From Mytilus californianus (taxonomy: Eukaryota), in the NCBI RefSeq assembly GCF_021869535.1, contig NW_026262707.1:124001-188000 (forward strand): a DNA stretch of 64,000 bases. Direction: 5' to 3'. Made by a program: the position numbers and the translations under genes. The notes under the pieces are model-generated. The model had not been told where the DNA came from and made no database searches. It saw only the letters and a list, made by a program, of their open reading frames with translations. Position 1 is the stretch's first letter. Every line of letters starts with the position of its first letter. Positions 39,901 to 54,900 of this stretch are shown piece after piece.

Positions 39901-42900
39901 GAAAATTACAGCCTTTGGACTAATAAAAATATACACAGACTGATACACTCTTTTCGATGTGTCTTCAGATCTTGAGCTTGTTTTTAATATGTAAATATAT
40001 ATAGGAAGATGTGGTGTGAGTGCCAATTAGACAACTCTCCATCCAAATAACAATTTATAAAAGTAAACCATTATAGGTCAATGTACGGCCTTCAACACGG
40101 AGCCTTGGCTCACACCGAACAACAAGCTATAAAGGGCCCCAAAATTACTAGTGTAAAACCATTCAAACGTGAAAACCAACGGTCTAATCTTTATAAAAAA
40201 CGAGAAACAAGTATAAATTACATAAACAAACAACAACTACTGTACTTCAGATTCCTGACTTAGGACAGGTGCAAACATTTGCAGCGGGAAATCCAGTTAT
40301 GATGAGTTACGGATCAGCTTTAAGTTTCATGCTGCTCTGCTTATTTTTGCTGAAATTACAGACTCTAACTGAACTTGAAATAATCTGAAATAAACAGTTG
40401 AATGCTGGACCGTGCATGTTTCTGTCCCCACTTGTAATTGATATTGCAGGTTTTCACTTTATTTGAAAAGGGACCGTTTATGTCGTTCTGACACATCTTG
40501 ATTATACATGTACCCCCAAGTCCTATAAGTAATAGTTTCAATACTAGGATTCACTTTTACCTTTTTTGTCTTCAAAAAGATTCCTTTTAACTTGCAATCT
40601 TCTCTTCCTAATGGTTGTTCTACATGTACTTGCTGTACAACTTGACCTGTCATCATTGTCACACACAGCAGATTTCTTATCTGTAATAAGATTCACATTT
40701 TGATTATTGTATAGTGAAAAATTCAAATATTTGTCAACCCAATGCATGCAATAAGCCTTCCAAATAGATAACATCGTAGATCATGTACAATGTAGATAGG
40801 GAGCTACCATGGCCATTTAAACTGACAACTTTCATCATTTTCAGTTACATGTACATGTAGTTGTGAAGTTTGTTCACCAATGGATTCATAAATATAAAGG
40901 TATGAAATGAAATAAGAAATAAACTAACAAAGCCATAGCAAGAAAAAAAATAATCTACACTTTGCCGAGCAATTTATTTTATGGTAAAAATGGTATTTCA
41001 TAAATGCCAGTTTTCATGTAACTGATTGAATTTAAGTTTTTATAATAATTATCATACCTTTAATATATGAGTTGTATAGAGTTTTAACTTTGTCATCTTC
41101 CAAATGCTTATATCCTGAAAGATAAAACCTTGAACTTAAAAACTTCATCCATCAATCTTCAACTAATTGTAAAATAAATAGTTACAAATGTTTATAAATA
41201 TATCTATACATAGATAAGTTAGACTTGTTAATATATTTATAGGTATTGTATGTGTAATTGGAATACTAAAAATAATATGCCAAGGCCAGATAAAAATATA
41301 TGTGTGGTTACAGTTAAATACTTTTAAAAAATAGGTTCGGTAGGTGGGCAATTTCATTTTTTTTTTTCTAAATTTTTAAAATGGATTGTCAAAATCAATA
41401 AAAAAAATCGTGTGTTTACCAAAATTGATTCCGGTATTATACACGCCTCTTCAGGAAGTTCATCATTTTTCAAGTGTTACTGTGAAAAATAAATAGCGTT
41501 GCGTTTCTAGTTAATTTTGTTGCATTCTGTTATGAATTGTTGCATTTCAGAATGGATATTTTTTTATGAAATTCAGATGACAGGAATCTATGAATTTAAT
41601 TATTTAAAATTCACAATCCTCAAAATTTGATCAATTACTTTTTTTTCAGAAATGACAAAAAAAAAGTTCTAGGGTTGGGGGGTTTAAACCATGGTCAGTC
41701 TGGTAACTGGAACAATAAATATATTTTTTATTTAGCCCAATCGTGTAAAAAATAAATTTCTATACATGCCATTTCTATGCATTTTTCTTAACAATCAACA
41801 GAAATCTCATTTTAAAACAAAAGACTAACTTGTTGAAAGTTGTTTATCCATTACTTTTCTTGCAGCAAGTTTCTTCTCGCCAGTGTGTGCAGTATGGTTT
41901 GATAACTGGTGGTCTGTAAATAAGGATAAAGGAAAATAAAATTAGAATACAGTTTATTTACTTTTATATATTACTTTTCAGGCACAAAGACTACTGTTGA
42001 AAAGTTGTTGGTAATATGCAAAAGTAAAGATAAATGTTGAGGACCTCCAGACATTCTTCAAGGACCACAAGGGGGAAATGAGAATTCTTTGACAACAGGC
42101 TTTCATTCCAAAAAAAAAACTGGTATTTGTAAAGTTCGACTGGTTTACCAAAAAAAATGATAAGTATTAAAAATGGTGTAGAATTATTTTGTTAAGTTTT
42201 CAGTTTATGAGATGATGTGAATTGCAGCAATGGAAAATCACTCTTTCTTTTGTAGAATTTAACAAAGGTTCTTAATTTGAAGGTTTTTCATGTACCCACT
42301 TCATGAAATCACACATTTTTATGTCATACCTTAGATCAAATTGTTTTCAATGGAAAAAAGAAAATGGACATAATTATAAAAAACACAATAAGAAAAAGGG
42401 TGATCAATCATTCCAATATAATGTATAATACTGTTAAACAATTTTTGTAATAGATTTAAACCTTTACCATGGTCTCCAGAAAGGGAAACAATCTGTTTAG
42501 CTGGAATGGTCATTGGATCATCATCTGAAAGAAGAAAAATAAAAATATGGCTGAATTATTTGTCTTTTAAGGTTTTGCATTTTAGAAATATTCAAATTGG
42601 AGAAATCATGAACATAAATCACATTCACTTTGGACACTTTAAGACATTGAAATATAAGACAAATTCGTCAGTTTTGTGAATTGATAGTTTTGACCCTTAT
42701 AGTTTACTAGGTAGCTCATTTGGAAGAGCACCTCAACCCAGTTTGAGGAGGTTCCAGGTTCAAATCCTGGCCTAGTACTTATGTTGGCTTCAGTTTAGTG
42801 TAGTTTTTTTACGCCCGATTACGGGACGTTAATGGTATACTTACTGTTGACCGTCCATTGTCAACATGATGGACATTATTTCAAAAACACTTTAACTAAT

Positions 42901-45900
42901 ATGCATGAAACTTTGGTGAATTGTTTATATCTATGACGTGAGCTCCCTCTATTATTTTTAGGAATTTCCGACTTACAGGTTCTGAGTTTTGGGGTTTTAT
43001 TCAATAAAAAAGGGGGTAATTTCCAGTTTTCAAACAATAACTCAAAAACAATTTCACCAATTTGTAAGAAACTTTGGTGAATTGTTTAGTTCTATCGACA
43101 AAGCTCCCTTTTGATTTTTATAAATTTTAGACTATACGTTTCCGATTAATGGGGTTTTATTCATTACGAAAAATAACTCAAAAATGCTTTCTGAAACTTT
43201 GGTAAATTGTTTATATCTATTTTTGTAAGCTCCCTTTAGATTTTTTTAAATTTTCAATTTTGCGTTTCCAAGTAATAATATTTTATTTGTCTATAGTCTG
43301 ACAACAGATTTACTAAGTATTGCGCAACAGCAAAGTGTATTGCACAACAGCAAGACATCTTTAATTGTATATAAATTCAATTCATTCAACCTTTTTCAAG
43401 TTCATTGACTACATTTATTCAGAAACCTATGAAAGTCAACTATTAAATTACAATCGAAATTCAGACCTGTATCAAGCCTCTGTGGGCGTACCCAGTTGCG
43501 CTCAGTGAAGCAGATTATTGGTTATTATTATTTGTTGTTTTATGCTCGTTGGTCGGGTTGTTATCTCTTTGACCCATTCCCCATTTCCATTCACAATTTT
43601 TATTTACGTACTAATATACTGATGTAAATAGTGAACCATGTGTGCGTTTTTTATGCATTAACACTTACTAAAGGCATTATGCACCTCAGCTGTCAATGTG
43701 ATTTGTTTTTTTCGTACAAGTGGACTCTTCTTCTTTTCTGAAATAAAAAGACATTTTCATTCAGTTTAATTGTTACTAAAAATGTAATATACAAACAATG
43801 AGTATACATATTTCATATTGATAATGCTGCAATGTTTTTTATTTTAGTATATACCTGTCTCTTCATGATTGCTGTGATTTTCCTCCACAGTCGGAATAAA
43901 TGCAGGTTCCTGCTCATCATCTGAAAAAAATTGAAAACTGGTAAGAAATAAGTTTTTGGAAAGTTTACTATAGCTTACTATAGCTACTTTATTAAGGCAT
44001 CGGCCTCAAACTTCCGGTGACAGATTACCGCAAATGTTCTGCTCCAAAATAATTAATACTAGTATTAAAATTCTGGTTTATATTGAAAGATGCTTTTGAA
44101 ATTTTACTAAAAGTCAGATGAAATATTAAAGGTTGAATGACAGCAAAAAGTCTTATTATAAAATTAAATCAGGATACTTTGACCTACCAGATTGCTCATC
44201 ATTACTTGTTGTTGTTGCCTGGATAGGACGATTGACTGTTGTATCTAAAAAAAAAAAAAGATAATTATGTTGCTTGACCGATAATACTCTTTGTGCTGCT
44301 AAGTTGCTCAAGTCTATTGATCAATATTAGGTTGTAACATGTCTTATATTGATAATGCTGCAATATTTTTTATTTTAGTATATACCTGTCTCTTCATGAT
44401 TGCTGTGATTTTCCTCCACAGTCGGAATAAATGCAGGTTCCTGCTCATCATCTGAAAAAAAATGAAAACTGGTAAGAAATAATAGTTTTTGGACAGTTTG
44501 CTGTAGCTTACTATAAAGAGGAGATAACTCTGCAAATGGGAGATAAATCCTGTAATCCGCAAGTAGGGAATAAACTAAAATCAACAAGTTTGACAAATAC
44601 AAAATAAGAAACAAACAATATAACTGAAATTCATAAATATAAACACAAATCATTTTATACTAGAACACACCCGCGAAATCGCTGGCATTTAGAGCTTGGT
44701 TGAAAGTATGTAAACTGTTGAAAGGAGAATTTTTGTAAAAGATTTCATGTCTGGAGAATTTCAGAAAAGGTATCAAAATTCATAGGTACTTGGAGCGGAG
44801 CATTTTATTGTTATCTATCATACGATTGGTTCTCAATGTTAAAACCGGAAGTCATATCTGACTTAAAAGTCGGTTTGCATACGGAATCAATATCTGGACG
44901 CCTTTATTTTCGTTTTTTCTCCCAAAATAACCCAAACTGAATAGTCATAAGAATGGATGACAAATGCGACTATGCACGGTACCTATAAGACACAGAGGCA
45001 TGATGATTAATTTATTGTGGGAGGAAGAGAAGCGACACACAAAATGAGGTCTTCTCGTTTAATAGTATAGATCTGTAAATAGTTCAGATATCATACCCCA
45101 ACAAACAAATTGGTATTGATGAAACATCACAGACCATCATACATGCAGTGTGCTACTGAGGATGTGCATGATTAGTATAATCCGGTCCGAATATTTCAAT
45201 GGAGATGAGAACTTGCTCAGTGAAATATGGGACAGGGTGTAGAACCGATGTTACTTTGCTGAAATTGTTTATAATTGCTTTACAATGAACACATCGTTAC
45301 ACATGATAACACTTTGTTCAGTTGAGACAAATTTATTACTTTTTCTGCGTTATGCGTTATTCTTTATAACAATTCAAAGACACATGTTAATCATTAAGGT
45401 AATTTGATAAGAATATTTAATATATATGTTTGTTTTTTAGTATATACCTGTCTCTTCATGATTGCTATGAGTTTCCTCCACAGTCGAAATAAATGCAGGT
45501 TCCTGCTCATCATCTAAAAAACATAGAAACTGGTAAGAAATAATACAGTTGAGGGGTGTGGAAATGCCTTGCATCACTCATACAGTGTACATTGAAACAC
45601 ATGGACAAGTATTTTTTTTAAATCTTACTTTCAATGGACAAAAAAAAATCACTTGACATAGTTCAATTTCATAAAAGATGTAGAATTACTCTTGCAACTT
45701 TTACGGGACAAGTAACATTTACAGCTGTACTTGTCCAGAGACAAATGCTTACAACAAATATTTCCACACTGCTGCAGTTTTTGAGACAAAATGAATGAAA
45801 AAAAACATCTTGCAATGATATATTGAATTTAATGAGAGAAAAAAGTTATAACACTACAAAAAATACTTCTTTATATATCAAATGTTCTTATGATTTCTAT

Positions 45901-48900
45901 TGTTCCTAGATATAGGAAGATGTGGTATGAGTGCCAATGAGACAACTCTCCATCCAAATAACAATTTATAAAAGTAAACCATTATAGGTCAATGTACGGC
46001 CTTCAACACAGAGCCTTGGCTCACACCAAACAACAAGCTATAAAGGGCCCCAAAATTACTAGTGTAAAACCATTCAAACGGGAAAACCAATGGTCTAATC
46101 TATATAAAAAAAAACGAGAAATGAAACATCAAATGAAAGCAAAAAGTCTAATTAAACAAATATTTCAGGATACTTTGACCTACCAGATTGCTCAACACTA
46201 TTTGTTGTTGTTGCCTGGATATCTGTGCTGACATTTGGATAGGGGACTTCTGTGTCTACAAGAAATAAGGTTTAGTTTTATATAGTTGTGTGCTTTTATT
46301 ATGTTGATTTTCCTCTTCATAGATTTTTGGCCGGGTTTGACGAAAATGGGTACAGAATTTGTAATATAAATCTTCCAGAATTCTGATAAAAATAAACTGA
46401 ATTCCAGGAAAACACCTGTTGTTGGGTTCCTGCCACTGAATTGGTAATTTTAAGGAAATTGTGCAGTATAATATTGGTTATTATCTTGAATATTATTAAA
46501 GATACAGATAAACAATTTACAACAAAAATGTTCAGCATAGTAAGATTTACAAAAAAGGAAAACTTACCAAAATTTTCAATTGACCCCCTAAGGAATTAGT
46601 GCCGTTTTAAAACAATTTCACAATGCTTTTTTTTCTTGCTTTGGAAGAAAATATGACAGATACAAAGATTTATTTGCATTTTTAAGGAATCATTTAATAT
46701 ATAATTATACATTGAAAAGCAAAAAATAATCATTGATGAAGGATTTAAACAAACAAAAGTTACAGGTGAGCAATTCCAGCTCTTGAGCGCCTTTTGTTTT
46801 TTGTATTTTGCACTTAAAAACCTGGCCATTTAAGGCTTTGGTCAATTTTGTGCTGCTGAGGTTCCAATATGGTTGCAATGAATGCATAGTAAGTTATTGT
46901 TCAGTTAAGACACATGTACATGTATTACCTTTCTTTCTTTCATTCAACACTATAACAATTTTTCCATCTTGACCCCTTTTTTTTAACTTAAGTAAAGGCA
47001 ATGACAGATTTTTTGTTTCATATTGATCTATGCAATTTTGCCAGATTTTTTCATTTTCCTCATGTTTTTGTTTTAAGGAAGAAGATCTAAAATGCAAAAG
47101 AAGAGGCCCATCATCTCTGAAAGGAGGTTCCTGCTGACTGTCATGAAAGACTACAGAGTCACCATTGAAGTGCCACCAGATGTTTTCTCCAGGTTTAACA
47201 AATTCAGCAATCCTGCTTAAATGTGTTTGATACATAGATGATTTGTTCATTAGGATGTCTTTGTTAAAAATAGAACTTGTTCTTTCTGGTAGTAGTTTTG
47301 CTAGGCGACTTATCTCACATTCCTGTTTTTGTAAGGAGTCTATTCTATCATCAGCTTGGGATTGACAATTGTATCTGATGATAGCATTGTCAATAACATC
47401 ACCAGGTTTTCTGTTTGATGTGGTCTCGGAAATTCTTCTAAGAAGTCCAAAGGATCTCTCCTCATCTTCAGTCAGAACAGATTTTGTGTTCATGATCCTG
47501 TATGTTTCAGCTAGATGTGTAACAATGGAGTGGAAATGGTTACCATAGAACTTCCTTTGGGTCATTTTCACAGGATTAGCAATTACAGACTTGGCCAATA
47601 CTCCAAATAAAAAGGTGATGTTGAAAAGGCGAAGTACTTGCCTTGGACTTCTTTTCTCTTCAGGGCTATATGCAATGTGAATAATTTCCACCATGGAAGA
47701 AACCATCTTGACTATATCATAAGATATCTTGCCATCTAAAAAGAGAGAGTGAACCAATTTCTCCAGTTTGATGGCAATACATCTGGCATCGGAACCCTTA
47801 AGTTGGTTTTTATCACCAATGGCCTTTGCTGTAAATTTTTCCAGTGCCATCTTTGTCTCAGGATCTTCTATATGGTGTGGAAGTTCAGATAAAACATTTT
47901 GAACCACATTTGTGATATCATGCAAGGGTTCACAGTGCATTATCTCGTAATGGGCAATATGATTTTCAGAGGCTGATAGTGATGGATCATTTAGCATCAG
48001 TGCTGGTGGTCTGCAGATTCCATGCAACAGCTCTGTCAGTTCTTGTTGTAGGGATGGCTTATCTTCTTTCATGATTTCAATTTTCCTATGATCTAATTCA
48101 TTGATAATTTCTTCTTTTTTTAAATTTTTGAAGGGATTGAAATTACCTCCCTCAATTTTTGTCCACAAATACCCTTCAGTTACAAGTTTTCTTCTGTCTT
48201 CCAGATCCTGAGGTTTTTGTTTGTAGCAGCTTTCCAGATTGATATGGGCTTTTGATGGAATACCACAAAGACAGCTGTATGCTCCACCTCTCTGTTGTCC
48301 TGCTTCAAACTGTCTTGCGGGGTTGTCCCCACTGAAAACTCTTATTTTGTCTGTAAAAGTGACATCTTGGAATTTGGTTCCTTCAGATAATTCTACAATG
48401 TCCTCCATTCTTGTCTGTATATAAGTTCTTTGATCTTGATCTGTACTTGCTGAAATTGTATCCCAGTTTATTCAACATATTCTCCAGAGACAGATTTGAT
48501 CAGTTTCAAATTCTATCAAGGAACCTGGTCAGCAACTTTATGTATTTTTCGCAACAAAGAATTCATTGAATAAACTTTAAAAGTTTTTTTTTTCAAAAAG
48601 TGAAATGGGCTTTTAATAAGGGTAGGACTGGAGAGTTAAGTATTAATTTTGATTTAAAATCCATTACATCTCGTTTGATTTTTTTACAATGGAAACTAGA
48701 GGCCCTTAACAAGAAATGCCATCATTAGCAATATTTGGACTCGGACCGAGTTGTATCATTTGTAATCATACCCCATTTTATTTTCACGCAATAGGACAAA
48801 TAAATGTATTATTGGTAATCATACCCAATTTTGTGTTCATGGAATAGGACAAAGAAATGTACTATTGGTAATTGTACCCCATCATACCCCATTTTATTTT

Positions 48901-51900
48901 CATGGAATAGGGAAAAGAAATGCATTATTGGTAATCATACCCCATTTTATTTTCATGGAATAGGACAAAGAAATGTATTATTAGTAATCATACCCCATCT
49001 TATTTTCATGGAATAGGACAAAGAGTTGTATCATTACAAACTCTTTCCATGCAATTTTTATCGAGCCTGCGACTTTTGTCGCAGAAAGCTCGACATAGGA
49101 ATAGTGATCCGGCGGCGGCGTTAGCTAACTTCTTAAACGCTTTATATTTTAGAAGGTGGAAGACCTGGATGGAATGATTGTAAGCTGTACATGTCTAGCT
49201 GGCAGGTGTCATTTGACCTTGACCTCATTTTCATGGTTCAGTGGTCAAAGTTAAAATTTTTAGTTTTGGTCTTTTTTTCTAATACTATATGCAATAGGTC
49301 AACTATATTTGGTGTATGGAAATATTTTATGATCTACATGTCAGTCGCACAGGTTTTATTTGACCTTGACCTCATTTTCACAGTTCATTGGTCAGTGTTA
49401 AGTTTTTGTGTTTTGGTCTGTTTTTCTTAACCTATAAGCAATAGGTCAACTATATTTGTTGTATGGAAGAATTGTTAGCTGTGCATGCCTGCCTGGCATA
49501 GTTCATCTGACCTTGACCTCATTTTCATGGTTCATTGGTCAATGTTTAGTTTTCTTGGTTAATGTTAAGTTTATGTGACAGTTGTAATAAAGCTTTATAT
49601 TAAGGACTATCAACACGATATCAGTGATTAGTAAAGAAGGCGAGACATTTCAGCGTGTGCACTCTTGTTTCCTTATACTTTATCTATTTGTTGTCATGTA
49701 GTACTATTTTTACCTGATTGTCCTAAAATATACAGTTGTGGCCTTTCAACAATTTTCTGTATATCTATATCTTTGATGGTAGGATTTCTTTCCAGATACT
49801 CTTTGCTTGTTAGAAAATTTGCAGAGTCATACATGTAACTTATCATGAAATTTATGTAGGTATGGCTAAGTATATCAGAATGGTCATGCCAGACTTTAAT
49901 GTATCTTGATCTTTGAATTGCCTTTAAGATGTTTCGTTTTGTTTCTGTGTTGCTATTGCAGTGATGATTCTCTTGCAAGTTGATCAGACACTTGTCTAGC
50001 TCAGGCTGTGTTAATTTGTCATAATACTCATCAGTGTTCACTCTAAGAACCCCAGCTGCATGTAACCTGTGGTTTTCTTTTTCCAATATTTCTTTTAATG
50101 GAATTTTTCTACCATAGACCGTTTTTGTTTTTTCTATAAGGTTTCCTTCCTTATTTATAGTTGTTGTTATGAAGGTTTTTGGAGCTATTTTTTTTCCAAT
50201 GTTGATTTCGCCTGACTCTACCTTTTCCTTAACTATACCTCTCAGTATTTTGGCTGACCTTGGTGTATTGATTGAAATGTTTGTCTTCAGCAACCTTTTT
50301 TTGGCACGACGAACGCGGCGCAAGTAGTCCCTTCCACTGACTCGACTTTGCTTGTTAAATTTGTAAACATCTATTCCTAATAAAAAAATAAAGGTAGATT
50401 GAAAGCAACTGTTTCAGACAATCAAAATTTATTTTAACATTATCAAAAGGGATGCCAAATTAGATTTTTGACGAATTTACTAAACATAGAATATGATAGT
50501 GCAAGTTGGGCATCCGTGTACTATGGACACATTCTATGAATGCTACATTATGGTTCTGATCGGCTTATAATAGCAACTCCTGTATTTTTTTTAAATCAAT
50601 TTGATAATTTAAAGCACTACATTTATTCTTAAAAATGTCTTACAAAAATATTTTTTACTGTTTTTGCCATTCAGGAGTTGTGGATTGCTTGATTACAAAT
50701 TTGTACTTTTAATAGTAAACTTTTAAATTAAGTTTAAAACATTCCATATGGATCTATCAAAATTTGATATTGAGTAAATATTCAAAGAATAAAGGAGTCT
50801 GTAAAAATTGCTTTCATTATACCTTGCTCTTTAGCATATGCCATTAAAATCTGTCCTGAATTCAGTGGCATTTTGTTATTTAGATTTTTAAAGTTGTGTT
50901 TTCTTGCCATGCTTGTCCAATTTATAGTTTGACCCTCTTCAATTGTTGATAATTCCTCAATAAAATTCTCTCTGTCAAATTTGTATTTGTCAAAATTTCC
51001 ATGATGTATTTTTGGTTTGAGTTTTCCAAGATTTTCTTGCTCTATTTTTTTTTGGGTGATCTTTCTGGACTCTTCTTTGGTTGAAAAAAATATCATCCTC
51101 TCGCGGTCATGGCTTTTATAAGATTTCCCTAATGTTAAAAACTGCCTAACATCATTGTCATTGTCAGTTAATGCACTGTTAATGGATTGCATGGACATGT
51201 TGAGTGTTTGTTCCATTGTGTTTTTCCTGCTTTCTGCGGTTTCAGTTGGTGACAGATGAAAAGATTCAGCAATTGCAGTTTCAAAGTTTACATCAAATTT
51301 TGAAGCAAATACTGGGTTTATAACTTGCACAACAGCTTTTGTCACCTGTTAAAACAGTTTTGTAGCAGAATAATGGATTGTATTACAAATGAATTGTATG
51401 TTGTTCAATTGAAGTAGTTCTGGGGGAATGAAATATTTTTGGATCTAAGACTATTTAAATTTTAATGTATTGACAAAATATTTATGTTGGATAATAGAAA
51501 ATGTTTATACTGCCTTTTCTCTTATTTTAATGCTTGTTTCACATTTATCCACCATTGTGAGAAAAATAATTATCGTGTTCTTGGCATGATTGGTTGAATT
51601 TTAATTATGACATCAAAATTTCTTGCTTTTATCTAAATTTTTCAATGTGACGTCATGAAAAAGGGCAACCATGCTTGATGGCGTCACATATAAAGAACAC
51701 AACTTTCTGCAGTTTTTTGGAATGACAGGACAAAGTTTGTATTAGATTTTGTTTAAAAGTCAATAGAGAAAGAGATTCCACCGCTTTATCTTGTGTACTA
51801 CAAAATTTCTCCACTCAAGACAATTTGATTTTAAAATCTAAAAAGCTTGGCAAGCTTCACATATAAAAATCAATATCCCCAGAACTACCTTTTATAATAT

Positions 51901-54900
51901 AGTATGAATGTATTTAACTGAAAATATTTTAAGTACTTTGTAAAGGAACATAACTTATAGTTAAGACTAAACTTATTTTGTTAAACTAGTCACTTAATTA
52001 CACATCTAATTGTAATATGTTTTATTTAAAAGACTACAAATATTGTAACAAATATAGTAGATTCATTTATAAAAAAAATATTTGCATTCTTTTGAAGGTG
52101 ATTATGCCTTTTTATGGTAATGTTTTATAAACTGGAGTGTGCAAATTTATATGCATTTGTAGCATAACAGATTGCATGAATTGATTTTTATTTAATGCTG
52201 TGCAATTTAAGGAATCGATATACTTATATGAGGTTTTGGTATTTTTTGTCATATGTTCAGACACCTTTGTTTTTTCCCCTCAGATACAAGGTTTTAATAT
52301 AAGGATAAAGTCAGAGAAAGCCTTTTCCAGCCATTTTTTAAACATCAAATATCTTGAGAATGAGTTGAATAACCTATAAATATTTAAAGCTTATTTTGTT
52401 CCTTAATTAATGCTGTACCTATTTTTGTCTCGCCTTGACGGAGTCAAAAAGCGAGACATAGGTATGCTGTTTCCGGCGGCGGCGGCGTCAACAATGTATT
52501 AGTTTGTGATAAGGTCTAGTTCATGGTGAACCACTAATGGTAGGTCAATGATATTTGGTATGCAGTTGTATTAGCATTGGCACATCTTATTACCATGGAG
52601 ATTATTTGGCTCTGCCCCCTTAGTCATGGTCTATAGATTTTGAAAATTTTGCTAAGTTAACATGTATTAGTTTGTGATTAGGTCAGTTCAAGGGGAACCA
52701 TTAGTGGTAGGCCAATGTTAATTGGTGTTCAGTTGTATAAACATTAGCACATCTCATTTCCATGGAGAATATTTGGCCCCGCCCCCTCAGTCATGGTCTA
52801 TTGACTTTGAAACTTTTGCTTAGTTTACATGTATTAGTTTGTGATTAGGTCAGTTTAAGATGAACTGCTAATGTTCAGTCAATGATATTTGGTATGCACA
52901 TGTATTGGCATTTGCAAGTATCTTTTCCATGGAGATTATATAGCCCCACCCCTGATCATGGTTCATTGACTTTGAAACTTTTACACAGTTTACAAGTTAA
53001 TGTTTGTGTTTAGGTTTGTTTAAAGGTAATGACTTATAAAAGTCAATGGTATTTGGTATGCAGTTGTATTAGCATTGGCACATCTCATTCCATGGAGATT
53101 GTTTAGCCATGTACCTTCAGTCATGGTTCATCGACTTTGAATATTTGCATAACTTAAATGTTTAAGTATTGCTATTTTGATTTCAACATTTGCATTATCA
53201 AAATTACAAAAAGGCGAGACATATCTCTGTGATAACAGTTTATTTGTATAAATTTTAGTTTGTACGTTTTAATTAAAAAAAAAAATTCACCCAAGTATAT
53301 CCTAATGGTTAGTATAATGATTTGGAAATGAAAATCAAAGGAGTCATAATAAAGATATTTTGGATCAAAATTAGAATAGTTCAATTTTAAAAATAAATTT
53401 AGGAAAATTTTGATTAATTCATTACATAATTGAATTTAATTGAATAAATTTTGCTTGATGAAAGAAAATTTGTATCATATAATTGCTTAATGTCTGTGTC
53501 ATTTTGGTCTCTTGTGGACAGTTGTCTCATTGGCAATCATACCACATCTTCTTTTTTATATTTGTGGAAAAATAAATAATAAAGGAGGAGGACCATTAAA
53601 TAGTAAAAATTTAAGAGACAATTAAGATTTAAAAAGTAAAACTCAAAATTGTACTATGATCTTTCAAGTTTTCCTAATTTGTATTGAATGCAATTTTTAT
53701 TTACTTCTGATTTGCCCATGAACACTGAAATACCATAAAGTATGAATAAATGAACTGTTTATATGTTGAATTTGTAATCAAAAGTATTAAGCTTAAGAAA
53801 CCAGTCTTCTTATTTTGTGATTTGCATATTATATCATTTACAATTTCAAACTTTTTTTTAATTAATGTTTTATACCAAATATTGTGTATTATTATGATGT
53901 CAGATCTTTTTGTATTTTTGAATATTTCAATGTATTAACAGTAATTGTTTTATGAATTAGTGTTAAAGGGAGACTATTCAGACAACTGTACAGCATTGAC
54001 AAATGAATTAATAAATCATTTTGAATAGTGAGCCAGACATCTTATCTTTAATATAAATTTAATTTACAAATACTGAAATAGATATAAAGTTAAAATTCAC
54101 TTCACCAGTAAAGCTGAAGGGCTAGAGATTTAGACAGTTAATTTTGACAAATTTTATTATAATTTTGATTATTAGGAAATTGGTCCTCATTCCAGTTGGC
54201 TGAACTCCCGACCTGAATAAATTTGTCATTGTATTAATTGATTTTTGTGTCAAAGACCAGTCATACCAACTTAATTTTTGAATAGTAGTGAAAGTTTAAA
54301 TGTTAATGTTGAAAAGGCTTGTTTATAAAAATAATCATTTAGGTGCCAGTACCAGGTGAAAACATGACAAAAAAACCCACCATAGTTTACATTGATTTTT
54401 ATTCATAACTTATTAAGTAGAATTACAAAAAAATAGTTTTCTTTTCCTTTTACTGTTCTGATAATAGAAGATACAATTTGGTTGAAATGCACTAAAAATA
54501 AACATTTAAGGGGAGATCACTCTAATTTGCTATCATTCTAACCAATTCTCCAACTTAGTTATTTCCATTACCAGAAACACAAACAACTGATTCACTTTTT
54601 CTAACTCATAATGAATGAACTTCAAAGTAGAATGATTAGCTTGGTGTTTTTTTTTATAACCTAGTTTTATTTTTTTACCATTTTGCCTGACCCTTATAGG
54701 CAGTTAAAACATGGAAGGCAATTTACCTTGTCATGCATACATCCCACTTTTTAAACCGAATTTAATTTTGAAACAGATAGTCTGATATGATCAATGATTA
54801 CAATCTATAAATCTTATATAAATTTGCGTATAAGGAAATATATTAGTATGATTCTTGTTGAGAAGGCTTGCGTTAGTGGTTCTTTAAGTTATTTGTTTTA

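Noticed and set aside
46820-46860. Additional transposase exons near 46820-46860, 46412-46434 and 44277-44312
   Set aside because: The available AG/GT sites give a stop codon or a phase mismatch with neighbouring phase-1 exons, so they were left out of the model.
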